From assembly GCA_964606165.1 (NCBI GenBank), contig CAZSFQ010000001.1, forward strand, positions 74,278-138,277: a stretch of DNA of 64,000 bases, given 5' to 3'. Positions 17,652 through 26,060 of the stretch are shown piece after piece. How positions within the stretch are numbered: the first letter of the stretch is position 1; the number at the start of each line of letters is the position of its first letter. Origin of the DNA: an uncultured Mageeibacillus sp. GTDB taxonomy: Bacteria > Bacillota > Clostridia > Saccharofermentanales > DTU023. The position numbers were made by a program, and so were the translations under genes. The notes beneath the pieces were generated by a model. That model searched no databases. It was not told the DNA's origin and worked only from the letters and a program-made list of their open reading frames with translations.

Positions 17652-19013
17652 ATGAGAATGAACTTGCTTGGTTTGTCCCGGGCCATCCATCCGAAAGACA
17701 ACAAGAACACAGTCGGAATGGCGATTAAACCGCTTTCCGGCTTTTCAAAAGTAACCATCCCGCTTAACATGCAGATCGGCCCCGGATGCGAGGCCATTGT
17801 CGCCAAAGGTGATCACGTCGACGTCGGGCAGCCCTTGGGCAAGCCGACCGGGGCCTGGAGTGTCCCGGTCCACGCCAGCGTTTCCGGCCAGGTCGCCTCC
17901 ATCAGCGATGAGATCTGGAGTGATGGCAGCCTGGCCAAATACGTCACCATTATCCCTGACGGCCTGGATACCGTCAGCCCCGGGGTCAAGCCTCCTGTCG
18001 TCACCGACAAGGAGAGTTTCCTTGCCGCGGTACGTGACTCTGGCCTGGTCGGCCTTGGCGGCGCGGCCTTTCCCGCCCATGTCAAGCTCAACCCCCCGGC
18101 CGACAAGCCGGTCGACACACTGATTGTCAACGCGGCTGAGTGTGAGCCCTATATCACTGCTGATTGCGCCGTCTGCTGCAACAATGCCGGCGAGGTGGTT
18201 GATGGGGCCCTGGCTGCTGCCAAATGGTGCGGCTTTGACCAGGTGATTTTCGGTATTGAAGACAACAAGAAGGACGGCGCAAAAGCCTTGCGGGAAGCCA
18301 TCGACAGGAAAAAGGATGACCCCGACTGGCCCAAGGGCGGCATGGTCCTCAAAGTACTGAAAACTGCCTACCCGACCGGAGCCGAGAAAGTTCTGATACA
18401 CCTGCTGAACGGCAGGGTAGTTCCCGAGGGAGGCCTGCCCTGCGACGTCGGTGTAATCGTCCATAACGTCTCAACACTCCATTTTCTGGCCCGCTACCTG
18501 AAAACCGGCATGCCGCTTATAAAAAAGGTCATTACCGTGGACGGCAGCGCCGTCGCGGAACCCGGCAACTTTGAAGTTCCCATCGGTGCCATGATTGAAG
18601 AAGTCATCGAGAAGGCGGGCGGAACCAAGACAGCGCCCGGGAAAATCATCATGGGGGGACCCATGATGGGTATCGCCGTCGACGAACTCACGCGGCCCAT
18701 CGTCAAGCATAACAACGCCATCCTCATCTTTGACGAGAAAGATGCTATCCTGCCGGAAGAATCGGCCTGCATCCTATGCGGACGCTGCATCCGGGCCTGC
18801 CCCATGAAGCTGATGCCCATGGCGCTCGACAAGGCCGCCCGCGCGCTCAGCGTGAATGAGCTGAACGAACGCCATGTCCTGACTTGCATTGAGTGCGGAA
18901 GCTGCTCCTACGTCTGTCCCGCCAAACGCTATCTTGTCCAGAACATCCGCAACGGGAAGGCCCTGGTGCAAGCTGCCGCGGCGGCTTCGACCGAAAAAGG
19001 AGGGAAATCGTAA
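17652..19013 (+). CDS. rnfC: Rnf complex subunit C
   Basis: VHASVSG, GLVGLGGAAFP, NAAECEPY, YPTGAEK, MGGPMMG and two 4Fe-4S motifs (CILCGRC, CIECGSCSYVCP). Confidence 0.95.
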   Translation: MRMNLLGLSRAIHPKDNKNTVGMAIKPLSGFSKVTIPLNMQIGPGCEAIVAKGDHVDVGQPLGKPTGAWSVPVHASVSGQVASISDEIWSDGSLAKYVTIIPDGLDTVSPGVKPPVVTDKESFLAAVRDSGLVGLGGAAFPAHVKLNPPADKPVDTLIVNAAECEPYITADCAVCCNNAGEVVDGALAAAKWCGFDQVIFGIEDNKKDGAKALREAIDRKKDDPDWPKGGMVLKVLKTAYPTGAEKVLIHLLNGRVVPEGGLPCDVGVIVHNVSTLHFLARYLKTGMPLIKKVITVDGSAVAEPGNFEVPIGAMIEEVIEKAGGTKTAPGKIIMGGPMMGIAVDELTRPIVKHNNAILIFDEKDAILPEESACILCGRCIRACPMKLMPMALDKAARALSVNELNERHVLTCIECGSCSYVCPAKRYLVQNIRNGKALVQAAAAASTEKGGKS

Positions 19014-19933
19014 TGCTTCATGTCTCCGCTTCACCGCATATACGCGACCGCGTCACCACGCGTTCCGTCATGCTGCATGTCATCATCGCCCTGGTGCCGG
19101 TGATCGTCGCTTCCTTCTTCATCTTCGGACTGGCCGGACCCATGCTCTTCGTCATCAGCGCGGCGGCCTCAGTCGGCTTTGAGGCGCTCTCGCGCGTCAT
19201 CATGAAACGGGAACAAACCGCCGGCGACCTGTCGGCCCTTGTGACGGGCCTGCTCCTGGCCGCCAGCCTCCCTGCCAACACGCCCCTTTGGGTCCTGATT
19301 ACCGGTAACTTTGTGGCCATCGTCGTCGTCAAGCAGATGTTCGGAGGCCTGGGCGATAACTTCGCCAACCCGGCCGTTACGGCCCGGATCGTCCTCTTCG
19401 TCTCCTTTACCAACCAGGTGGCTACCTTCTCTGTCGCAGAAAAATTGCCCGGCATCGACCTGGTCACCCAGGCCACGCCCTTGTCCGGCGCCGCGGCACC
19501 CTCCTTCCTGGATCTTTTCCTGGGCAACCACGCGGGCTGCATCGGTGAGACATCCATCGCCGCCTTGCTGGTTGGAGGTATCTTTCTTCTGGTAACCGGG
19601 ATTATCGATATCTGGGCGCCGCTGACCTTTATCGGCACGACCGTCCTCTTTACCTGGGCGACCGGCGCCGACCCGCTCCTGCACCTGATGTCCGGCGCGC
19701 TGATCCTGGCCGCTTTCTTCATGGTGACCGACTATGTAACAACGCCGACGACCCTGGTGGGGAAAATCATTTTCGGGGTGGGGGCAGGTCTTCTGACCGG
19801 CCTCATGCGGATCTACAGCCCCATGCCGGAAGGCGTTTCATTCGCCATTCTCTTCATGAATATCCTGACGCCGCATATCGAGCGCTGGACTGCGCCAACG
19901 GCTCTCGGAGGTGTTAAACATGCCAAAAAATAA
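19013..19933 (+). CDS. rnfD: Rnf complex subunit D
   Basis: SASPHI, DLSALVTGLL, KQMFGGLGDNFANPA, flavinylation site DLVTQATPL, GCIGETS and TDYVTTP. Confidence 0.95.
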   Translation: MLHVSASPHIRDRVTTRSVMLHVIIALVPVIVASFFIFGLAGPMLFVISAAASVGFEALSRVIMKREQTAGDLSALVTGLLLAASLPANTPLWVLITGNFVAIVVVKQMFGGLGDNFANPAVTARIVLFVSFTNQVATFSVAEKLPGIDLVTQATPLSGAAAPSFLDLFLGNHAGCIGETSIAALLVGGIFLLVTGIIDIWAPLTFIGTTVLFTWATGADPLLHLMSGALILAAFFMVTDYVTTPTTLVGKIIFGVGAGLLTGLMRIYSPMPEGVSFAILFMNILTPHIERWTAPTALGGVKHAKK

Positions 19934-21464
19934 GAAACAAGCAAACGGGAAGACTCCTGTCATCGAACGGGGGCCCATGCCCGTTTTGATCCTGGTCATT
20001 ATCTGCACCGTTTGCGTCGCGCTCCTGGCACTTACAGCCACCATGACAGCGGACGCCATCGAGGCCCAAAAACTGGAAGCGGCCAACGCGGGCAAGAAAG
20101 CCCTATTCCCTGACGCGGTCCAGTTCCCGGAGGAAAGTCTGGCCCAACTGGTCGCCGCCATCCCCGGTGCGTCCATGATTGATCTCAATGCTTCCGAGTT
20201 TTCCGACGTCAAGGCCGTCACCCGGGCAGTTGATCGTGAGGGAAAAACGATCGGCCTTATCATCGAAGTGGCCAGCTCCGGCTACAAGGGACCCGTACCG
20301 GTCATGGCCGGTATCGACATGGCGGGGAGAATCTCGGGCATCGTAGTCGACGCTTCCGGTGAGACGGCAGGCGTCGGATCCCCCGTAGGTGAAAGTTCCT
20401 TCACCGACCAGTTCATCGGTTTGGCAACCGACGACACCTTTGCCGGGATCGATATGGTCAGCGGCGGAACCATTTCATCGGGTTCTGTCATCAAGTCGGT
20501 CAAGCTCGTCTCCTCGGTCTTCAATGCCATTTTGGGCTTTGAGGGCGCGGATGATGGCGGAGCCACCAGGGAAGACTTCTTCCCTGATGCAGTCGATTTC
20601 CCGGTTGAGAGCCTGGAAGAGGCCGTCGGTCAGATCCCGGGAGCTGTCCTAGTGGATCTGACGGCCGAAGACTATGACGGTTTCCGGAGCCTGACCCGGG
20701 CGGTGGACGCCGATGGCAAGACAATCGGCCTTCTGATCGAGGTCGCCAAGAACGGCTACCACGGACCGGTTCCGGCTGAGGTGGCCTTCGACCTGTCCGG
20801 CCAGATCCTCGGCCTGATCGTGGACGCCTCTGAAGAAACCTTCGGAGTCGGTCAGCCGGTTGGTGAGAAAGAATACACCGACCAGTTTGTCGGCAGGCCC
20901 GCGGACGATTCATTCGAGGATGTGGACATCATCAGCGATGCCACCATCTCCTCCAATTCGGTCATCCGCTCGGTCAAGCTGGCTTCAAAGATTTTCAGTG
21001 ACCTGATGACCGGCCAGGCTGAAGAACCAGCCGAAGAAGTGAGCGAGCTCCAGGTCCTCTTCCCGGACGCGGAAGAAGAGCTTGTGGAAGCCGAAATTGA
21101 CGGGATGGAAGCCCCGGAAGGCACAGGCATCAAGTTCGCCCTGGGAGAGACCAGCGGCGACAGGGCCGGCCTGATCGTCCGGGTCACGGGTGAGGGCCGC
21201 AACGGCCCCCTGCCGGTCACGGTCGGCCTTGATCTTTCCGGCCGCATCACCGGACTTCTGGTCGACGCTTCCGGCGAAACACCCGATATCGGCCAGCCGG
21301 TCGGAGAAAAAGACTTCACGGATCAATTCATCGGACGCCAGGTGGACGAACTCTTCGATGACATCGACGCAGTCAGCAGCGCCACCATTTCATCCAATGC
21401 CGTCGTCCAGGCAATTCAGGCAGCCTCGGCAGTCTATGGATCCTTCCAGGAAGGAGGCCACTAA
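19920..21464 (+). CDS. rnfG: Rnf complex subunit G with three tandem FMN-binding domains
   Basis: Position between rnfD and rnfE; one TM anchor; three repeats each containing FPDA, GYxGP-like, ET.G.G, FTDQF and D.(V/I)S..TISS. Confidence 0.9.
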   Translation: MPKNKKQANGKTPVIERGPMPVLILVIICTVCVALLALTATMTADAIEAQKLEAANAGKKALFPDAVQFPEESLAQLVAAIPGASMIDLNASEFSDVKAVTRAVDREGKTIGLIIEVASSGYKGPVPVMAGIDMAGRISGIVVDASGETAGVGSPVGESSFTDQFIGLATDDTFAGIDMVSGGTISSGSVIKSVKLVSSVFNAILGFEGADDGGATREDFFPDAVDFPVESLEEAVGQIPGAVLVDLTAEDYDGFRSLTRAVDADGKTIGLLIEVAKNGYHGPVPAEVAFDLSGQILGLIVDASEETFGVGQPVGEKEYTDQFVGRPADDSFEDVDIISDATISSNSVIRSVKLASKIFSDLMTGQAEEPAEEVSELQVLFPDAEEELVEAEIDGMEAPEGTGIKFALGETSGDRAGLIVRVTGEGRNGPLPVTVGLDLSGRITGLLVDASGETPDIGQPVGEKDFTDQFIGRQVDELFDDIDAVSSATISSNAVVQAIQAASAVYGSFQEGGH

Positions 21465-22291
21465 TGGCAACAAAACGATCAGCCGGCTATGAGCTTACCA
21501 AGGGTGTCTTTAAAGAAAACCCCCTGCTCATCCTCATGCTGGGAACCTGCCCCGCCCTCGCCGTCACGACGACGGCCTACAACGGGCTGGGGATGGGAAT
21601 CGCGTCGACAGCGGTCCTCCTCCTATCCAATGTGGTCATCTCCCTGCTTCGCAAAGTCATTCCCGACAAGGTCAGGATCCCCGCCTATATCACCATCATC
21701 GCGAGCCTGGTCACCATCCTGCACCTTTTGCTCCAGGCCTACCTGCCAGGCTTGAACGAGGCCCTGGGGATCTTCATTCCCCTGATTACCGTCAACTGCA
21801 TCATCCTGGGCCGGGCTGAGGCCTTCGCCAATAACCACGGCATCCTGGTCTCCGCCCTTGACGGCCTGGGCATGGGGGCGGGCTTTACCCTGGCTCTTCT
21901 GGCTATCGGCGGTCTTCGCGAAGTACTGGGAGCGGGCACCTTCTTTGGCCTGGCCATGCCCTGGATCCAGGAAGGCGGCCTGCAGCCCATGATGATCTTC
22001 GCCCTCCCCGCTGGCGGCTTTGCCATCTACGGGATCATGGTGGCCGTCACAGAGAAAATTAATAAGCGTTTTTACGCCCAGCGTCCCCAGCGGACCATGA
22101 CCCGTGACCGCTACCCCGGCAGCATCAGCGAGCGTACCGACGCCGTCTATGATGTGACGGAGGTTCTGGACGGCCCGCGCCGCTCCAAGACACCGGCACT
22201 TGATGCCGTTCCTCCTGCGGTCAAGGAGCCTGGCGCTTTCGCCGCGAAAGATGAAGCGCCCAAGCAAGCGGTTGAAAGTGAGGAGAACTAA
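21464..22291 (+). CDS. rnfE: Rnf complex subunit E (with C-terminal extension)
   Basis: ENPLLILMLGTCPALAVT, VRIP.YI, IPLITVNCIILGRAE and LPAGGF. Confidence 0.95.
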   Translation: MATKRSAGYELTKGVFKENPLLILMLGTCPALAVTTTAYNGLGMGIASTAVLLLSNVVISLLRKVIPDKVRIPAYITIIASLVTILHLLLQAYLPGLNEALGIFIPLITVNCIILGRAEAFANNHGILVSALDGLGMGAGFTLALLAIGGLREVLGAGTFFGLAMPWIQEGGLQPMMIFALPAGGFAIYGIMVAVTEKINKRFYAQRPQRTMTRDRYPGSISERTDAVYDVTEVLDGPRRSKTPALDAVPPAVKEPGAFAAKDEAPKQAVESEEN

Positions 22292-22881
22292 TGAAAGAAT
22301 TTTTCGTAATTTTATTCAGCGTTATCCTGATCGATAACCTTGTCCTTTCGCGGTTCCTGGGCGTCTGTTCCTTCCTGGGACTGACCAAAAGCGTCAAGAA
22401 CGCGATGGGGATGAGCGTCGCGGTGATTTTCGTCATGCTGGTCGCGACAGCGGTCACCTACCCCATCTACTGGAATCTCCTCGACCCGGTGGGCCTGGGC
22501 TATCTTCAGACCGTCGTCTTTATCCTGGTGATCGCCTCAGTCGTCCAGGTTCTGGAGGCTGTTATCCGCAAGGCCTTCCCGCCCCTTTACCGGGCCATGG
22601 GAATCTACCTGCCCCTCATCACGACCAACTGCGCCATTCTGGGTGTCATGCTGATCAATATCCAGGAAACCTACGGATTCCTGGCTGCCATGATGTCCTC
22701 TCTGGGCGCGGGCGTCGGTTACATGCTGGCCATGTTCCTGTTCGCGGGCGTCAGGGCGAAAATGGAAAAAGCCGATATTCCGTCCTTTATGGAGGGTCTT
22801 CCCTCCACCTTGATGGCAGCAGCAATCGTCTCTGTCTCCTTCATGGGATTCAAAGGCGTGATTGAGAACCTGTTCGGATAG
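22291..22881 (+). CDS. rnfA: Rnf complex subunit A
   Basis: [16 protein letters not shown] and [15 protein letters not shown]. Confidence 0.95.
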   Translation: MKEFFVILFSVILIDNLVLSRFLGVCSFLGLTKSVKNAMGMSVAVIFVMLVATAVTYPIYWNLLDPVGLGYLQTVVFILVIASVVQVLEAVIRKAFPPLYRAMGIYLPLITTNCAILGVMLINIQETYGFLAAMMSSLGAGVGYMLAMFLFAGVRAKMEKADIPSFMEGLPSTLMAAAIVSVSFMGFKGVIENLFG

Positions 22882-22904
22882 GCCGGCATGATCGGAGGAA
22901 TTTG

Positions 22905-23747
22905 ATGATCTTATCACTCTTGACAAACCCAATCTTCCTGCCGGCCCTTGTCGGCGCGGGAGTTTCACTTCTGGCGGGCGTCGTTATCCTGCTCGTCTTC
23001 CGCTTCTTCCACGTGGAGACCAACCCTCTTCAGAAGCTGGTGGAGGATGTCCTGCCTGGCATTAACTGCGGCGGGTGCGGATACAGCGGCTGCGCCGCCT
23101 ACGCGGCAGCCCTGGCGGACGGCTCTGAGCCCCTGACCACGCTTTGCACCGCGGGCGGACAGGACACGGCCACGGCCGTTGCCGAGGTCATGGGCGTTGA
23201 GGCCGGCACCGTCATCCCAATGGTCGCCAATGTCTTTTGCCAGGGAACGACCAAGAATACCCACAAGCGCTACGAGTACACCGGACCCCAGCACTGCGCG
23301 GAAGCGGCGGGACTTTTCTCGGGACCCAACTCCTGTACCTTTGGCTGCCTGGGGTTCGGGGACTGCGTCGCCGTTTGCGAATTCAACGCGCTCTACCTGG
23401 AAAACGGCATCGCCCATGTCAACCACGATAACTGTACGGCCTGCGGCAAATGTGTTGATGCCTGCCCCAAGCACATCATCCACATGATCCCCAAGCATGA
23501 GCTGGCCACCAACGTGACCTGCTCCAATCACTGGCCGCCCAAGGTTGTGAGAAAGGCCTGCACGGTCGGCTGCATTGCCTGTGGACGCTGTGTACGCGTT
23601 TGCCCCGTCGATGCCATCGTCATTGAAGACAACCTGGCCGTAATCGACCAGCTCAAGTGCATCCACTGCGGCAAATGCATTGAAGTCTGCCCGACAAACG
23701 CCATCCGTGAAGGATTGCTGGGCGGACCGGGGGAGTCCAGCGCCTAG
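22905..23747 (+). CDS. rnfB: Rnf complex subunit B (polyferredoxin)
   Basis: [25 protein letters not shown] and several CxxCxxCxxxCP motifs; GGAGG RBS before ATG 22905. Confidence 0.95.
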   Translation: MILSLLTNPIFLPALVGAGVSLLAGVVILLVFRFFHVETNPLQKLVEDVLPGINCGGCGYSGCAAYAAALADGSEPLTTLCTAGGQDTATAVAEVMGVEAGTVIPMVANVFCQGTTKNTHKRYEYTGPQHCAEAAGLFSGPNSCTFGCLGFGDCVAVCEFNALYLENGIAHVNHDNCTACGKCVDACPKHIIHMIPKHELATNVTCSNHWPPKVVRKACTVGCIACGRCVRVCPVDAIVIEDNLAVIDQLKCIHCGKCIEVCPTNAIREGLLGGPGESSA

Positions 23748-23787
23748 AAACCATAGGAAACGAAGAGAAAACCTCACGGGGCAGTGC

Positions 23788-25131
23788 ATGCAGATGTTGG
23801 ATCCAAATGGCAATAGACAAGCAGGGAAACAAGATCATCTGCCCCGGGGGTCCGCTCTCCTGAAATCCGACACCCGGATCGTCCATTTATTTTTCCTGGT
23901 CTTTTCGCTCTTCTTCCTGCTCGCTGCCCCTTTCGCGGGCCCTGTCGATCAGCTTATACCCGGTTTTCTGAAGATACTCACCAGCCCGCAGATACTGACT
24001 ACCGACGCCTGCGCCCTGGGCGGACTCAACGGAGCCCTGCTCAATGCGGGTCTTCTCGGGCTCCTGTCCTGGGCGCTCATGAAGTTTTCAGGGGATCCAG
24101 CGACCGGCGCGTCTTTTTCTGCCTTTTTTCTCACCCTGGGTTACGCCTTTTTCGGACAGAACTGCCTGAATGTGCTCCCCCTGATCCTGGGCACCTGGCT
24201 TTTCTCCAAGATTAAAAGGCAGCCCTTTCGCAATTACGTCAATATGTCGCTTTTCGCCTGCTCCCTGGCCCCCCTGGTCAGCGAGGTCCTCTTTCCCCGC
24301 TACCACGACTATTCCCTCCTGATCGGCATCCCCCTGGCCCTCCTTCTTGGCCTGCTGGTGGGCTTCATCTTCCCTCCCCTTGCCGCTCACACGGCTGGCA
24401 TGCATAAGGGGCACAGTCTTTTCAACGCGGGCCTGACTGCCGGTCTTTTGGGCCTGATTCTTTTCGCCGTCTACAAAACATTGGTCCTGGCACCTCTGGA
24501 TCTAGTGTCCGGCTATCAACTGAACAGTGTCCTGTCCCCAGGCTACCCACTTTTCTTTCCCCTCTTCCTGGCCTCCTTGTTTGCCGCGACCCTGCTGGCG
24601 GGAATCCTTCTGAATGGCAGATCTTTCAGGGGATACGGGAATCTTCTCAGGCAAAGCGGTTACAAGTGCGACTTTCTGGCCCGGGAGGGGGCAGCCAGAG
24701 TTTTTATTAATTTCGGGCTTCTGGGCCTCATGGCCCTCCTCTATATGATTGTGGTCAAAGCGCCCTTTACCGGCCCCACAGTGACCTCCATCCTCTGCCT
24801 GGCCTGCTTGTCGGCCACGGGCAGTCACCTGATCAATGTCCTCCCCATCATGGCCGGTTACGCCCTGGTTTCGATCGCGGCCGTGTGGACCCTGGGAGCC
24901 CAGGCCATTGTCGTTGGTGTCTGTTTTGCCACCTGCCTCTCACCCATCAGCGGCCGGGGCGGCTGGTTTTGGGGACTGGCGGCCGGCGCCCTGCACGCGG
25001 GCCTGGTCACTTACATGCCCGCCTTGCACGGAGGCTTCAACCTCTACAACGGCGGATTCACGGCGGGTCTGGCAGCCATAATCCTTGTCCCCCTTCTGGA
25101 GTATTACAAAAAGACACCGGTCCCTGAATGA
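23788..25131 (+). CDS. DUF1576-family multipass membrane protein (start uncertain)
   Basis: ILTTDACALGGLNGALLNAG, FACSLAP, HKGHSLFNAGLTAG and HGGFNLYNGGF internal repeat pattern recalled for DUF1576. Confidence 0.75.
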   Translation: MQMLDPNGNRQAGKQDHLPRGSALLKSDTRIVHLFFLVFSLFFLLAAPFAGPVDQLIPGFLKILTSPQILTTDACALGGLNGALLNAGLLGLLSWALMKFSGDPATGASFSAFFLTLGYAFFGQNCLNVLPLILGTWLFSKIKRQPFRNYVNMSLFACSLAPLVSEVLFPRYHDYSLLIGIPLALLLGLLVGFIFPPLAAHTAGMHKGHSLFNAGLTAGLLGLILFAVYKTLVLAPLDLVSGYQLNSVLSPGYPLFFPLFLASLFAATLLAGILLNGRSFRGYGNLLRQSGYKCDFLAREGAARVFINFGLLGLMALLYMIVVKAPFTGPTVTSILCLACLSATGSHLINVLPIMAGYALVSIAAVWTLGAQAIVVGVCFATCLSPISGRGGWFWGLAAGALHAGLVTYMPALHGGFNLYNGGFTAGLAAIILVPLLEYYKKTPVPE

Positions 25132-25200
25132 GCTGACTTCTGATTTTTAATAAGGAAGGTGACTCGGACCAGTCCGGGATCAGGAAAAAAAGCAGGGCAC

Positions 25201-25243
25201 AAAAAAGGCTGCCCCCACCTGTCTGGTGTCCAGAGGGTCAGCC
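25201..25243 (-). terminator. Terminator after rpmB (convergent with DUF1576 gene)
   Basis: Minus strand GGCTGACCC...GGGGGCAGCC followed by TTTTTT. Confidence 0.55.
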
Positions 25244-25269
25244 TCCATTTTGTTTGAATTAAAGCCGGC

Positions 25270-25467
25270 TCAGGCGCGCTCGACGGCTCCGCTTCGCAGG
25301 CAGCGGGTGCAGACATTCATTCTTTTGGGAACCCCGTCAACCACCACATGTACTTTTTTTACATTGGCGCGCTGCCGATGCAGACCGCGGCCCGAAATCT
25401 GCGAACGCGTAATCTTGATTTTTCTGCCAAAAAACATGTGTTTGTCACAAATTTCACATCTGGCCAT
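25270..25467 (-). CDS. rpmB: 50S ribosomal protein L28 (Zn-binding C+ form)
   Basis: MARCEICDK...FGRKI...ANVKKV...VCTRCLRSG; GGAG RBS. Confidence 0.92.
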   Translation of the reverse strand: MARCEICDKHMFFGRKIKITRSQISGRGLHRQRANVKKVHVVVDGVPKRMNVCTRCLRSGAVERA

Positions 25468-25621
25468 TGTCTATCTCCTTGTTTGACGGGTCCAGCCCGA
25501 ATGATTGATGCAGCAAAAGGCGCAACTGGTATATTAGCATCATTTGGGCGCTTGTGCAAATCCTTTTTCACTGAAAGTCATTCCGTTACAGGCTTGTATT
25601 TTAGCCCTTGAGGTGTATCAT

Positions 25622-25645
25622 ATATATGAACATATGCTCATATAT
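25622..25645. promoter_or_regulatory. ArsR/SmtB-type operator (inverted repeat) at the cadA-unit promoter
   Basis: ATATATGA-ACATATGC-TCATATAT immediately after TTGTAT-16-TATCAT; resembles SmtB/ZiaR/CadC boxes. Confidence 0.75.
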
Positions 25646-25672
25646 CAAAATATTGACTTGGAGGATGCAGTC

Positions 25673-26059
25673 ATGGCTCGCCAACCGGATGATCAGGATT
25701 TGTTCTGTGATCTACCCTTGATTCACGAGGAAGCGGTCCGCCGTGTGTTCGAGCTCCTGCCCCGGGAAGATCGAACCGCGGGACTTGCTGAGCTCTTCAA
25801 GGTCTTCGGAGACCCTACCCGTGTCCGTATCCTGCAGGCTTTAGGTCATTCGGAGCTGTGTGTCTGTGACCTGTCCGCCCTTCTGGCCATGTCGCAGTCG
25901 GCAGTCTCCCACCAGCTGCGAATCCTGAGGGGAGCCCGGCTGGTCCGGAATCGCCGTGAGGGGCGGGTGATCTATTATTCCCTGATGGATGATCACGTCA
26001 AGACCATCCTGGATGTCGGCAGTGAGCATCTGGCTGAAGAAGCAGAAAGTGAAAGGTAA
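25673..26059 (+). CDS. ArsR/SmtB (CadC-like) metal-sensing repressor
   Basis: FKVFGDPTRVRIL, ELCVCDL, SQSAVSHQLR.LR and DDHV; N-terminal Cys/His; GGAGG RBS. Confidence 0.92.
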   Translation: MARQPDDQDLFCDLPLIHEEAVRRVFELLPREDRTAGLAELFKVFGDPTRVRILQALGHSELCVCDLSALLAMSQSAVSHQLRILRGARLVRNRREGRVIYYSLMDDHVKTILDVGSEHLAEEAESER

Positions 26060-26060
26060 A

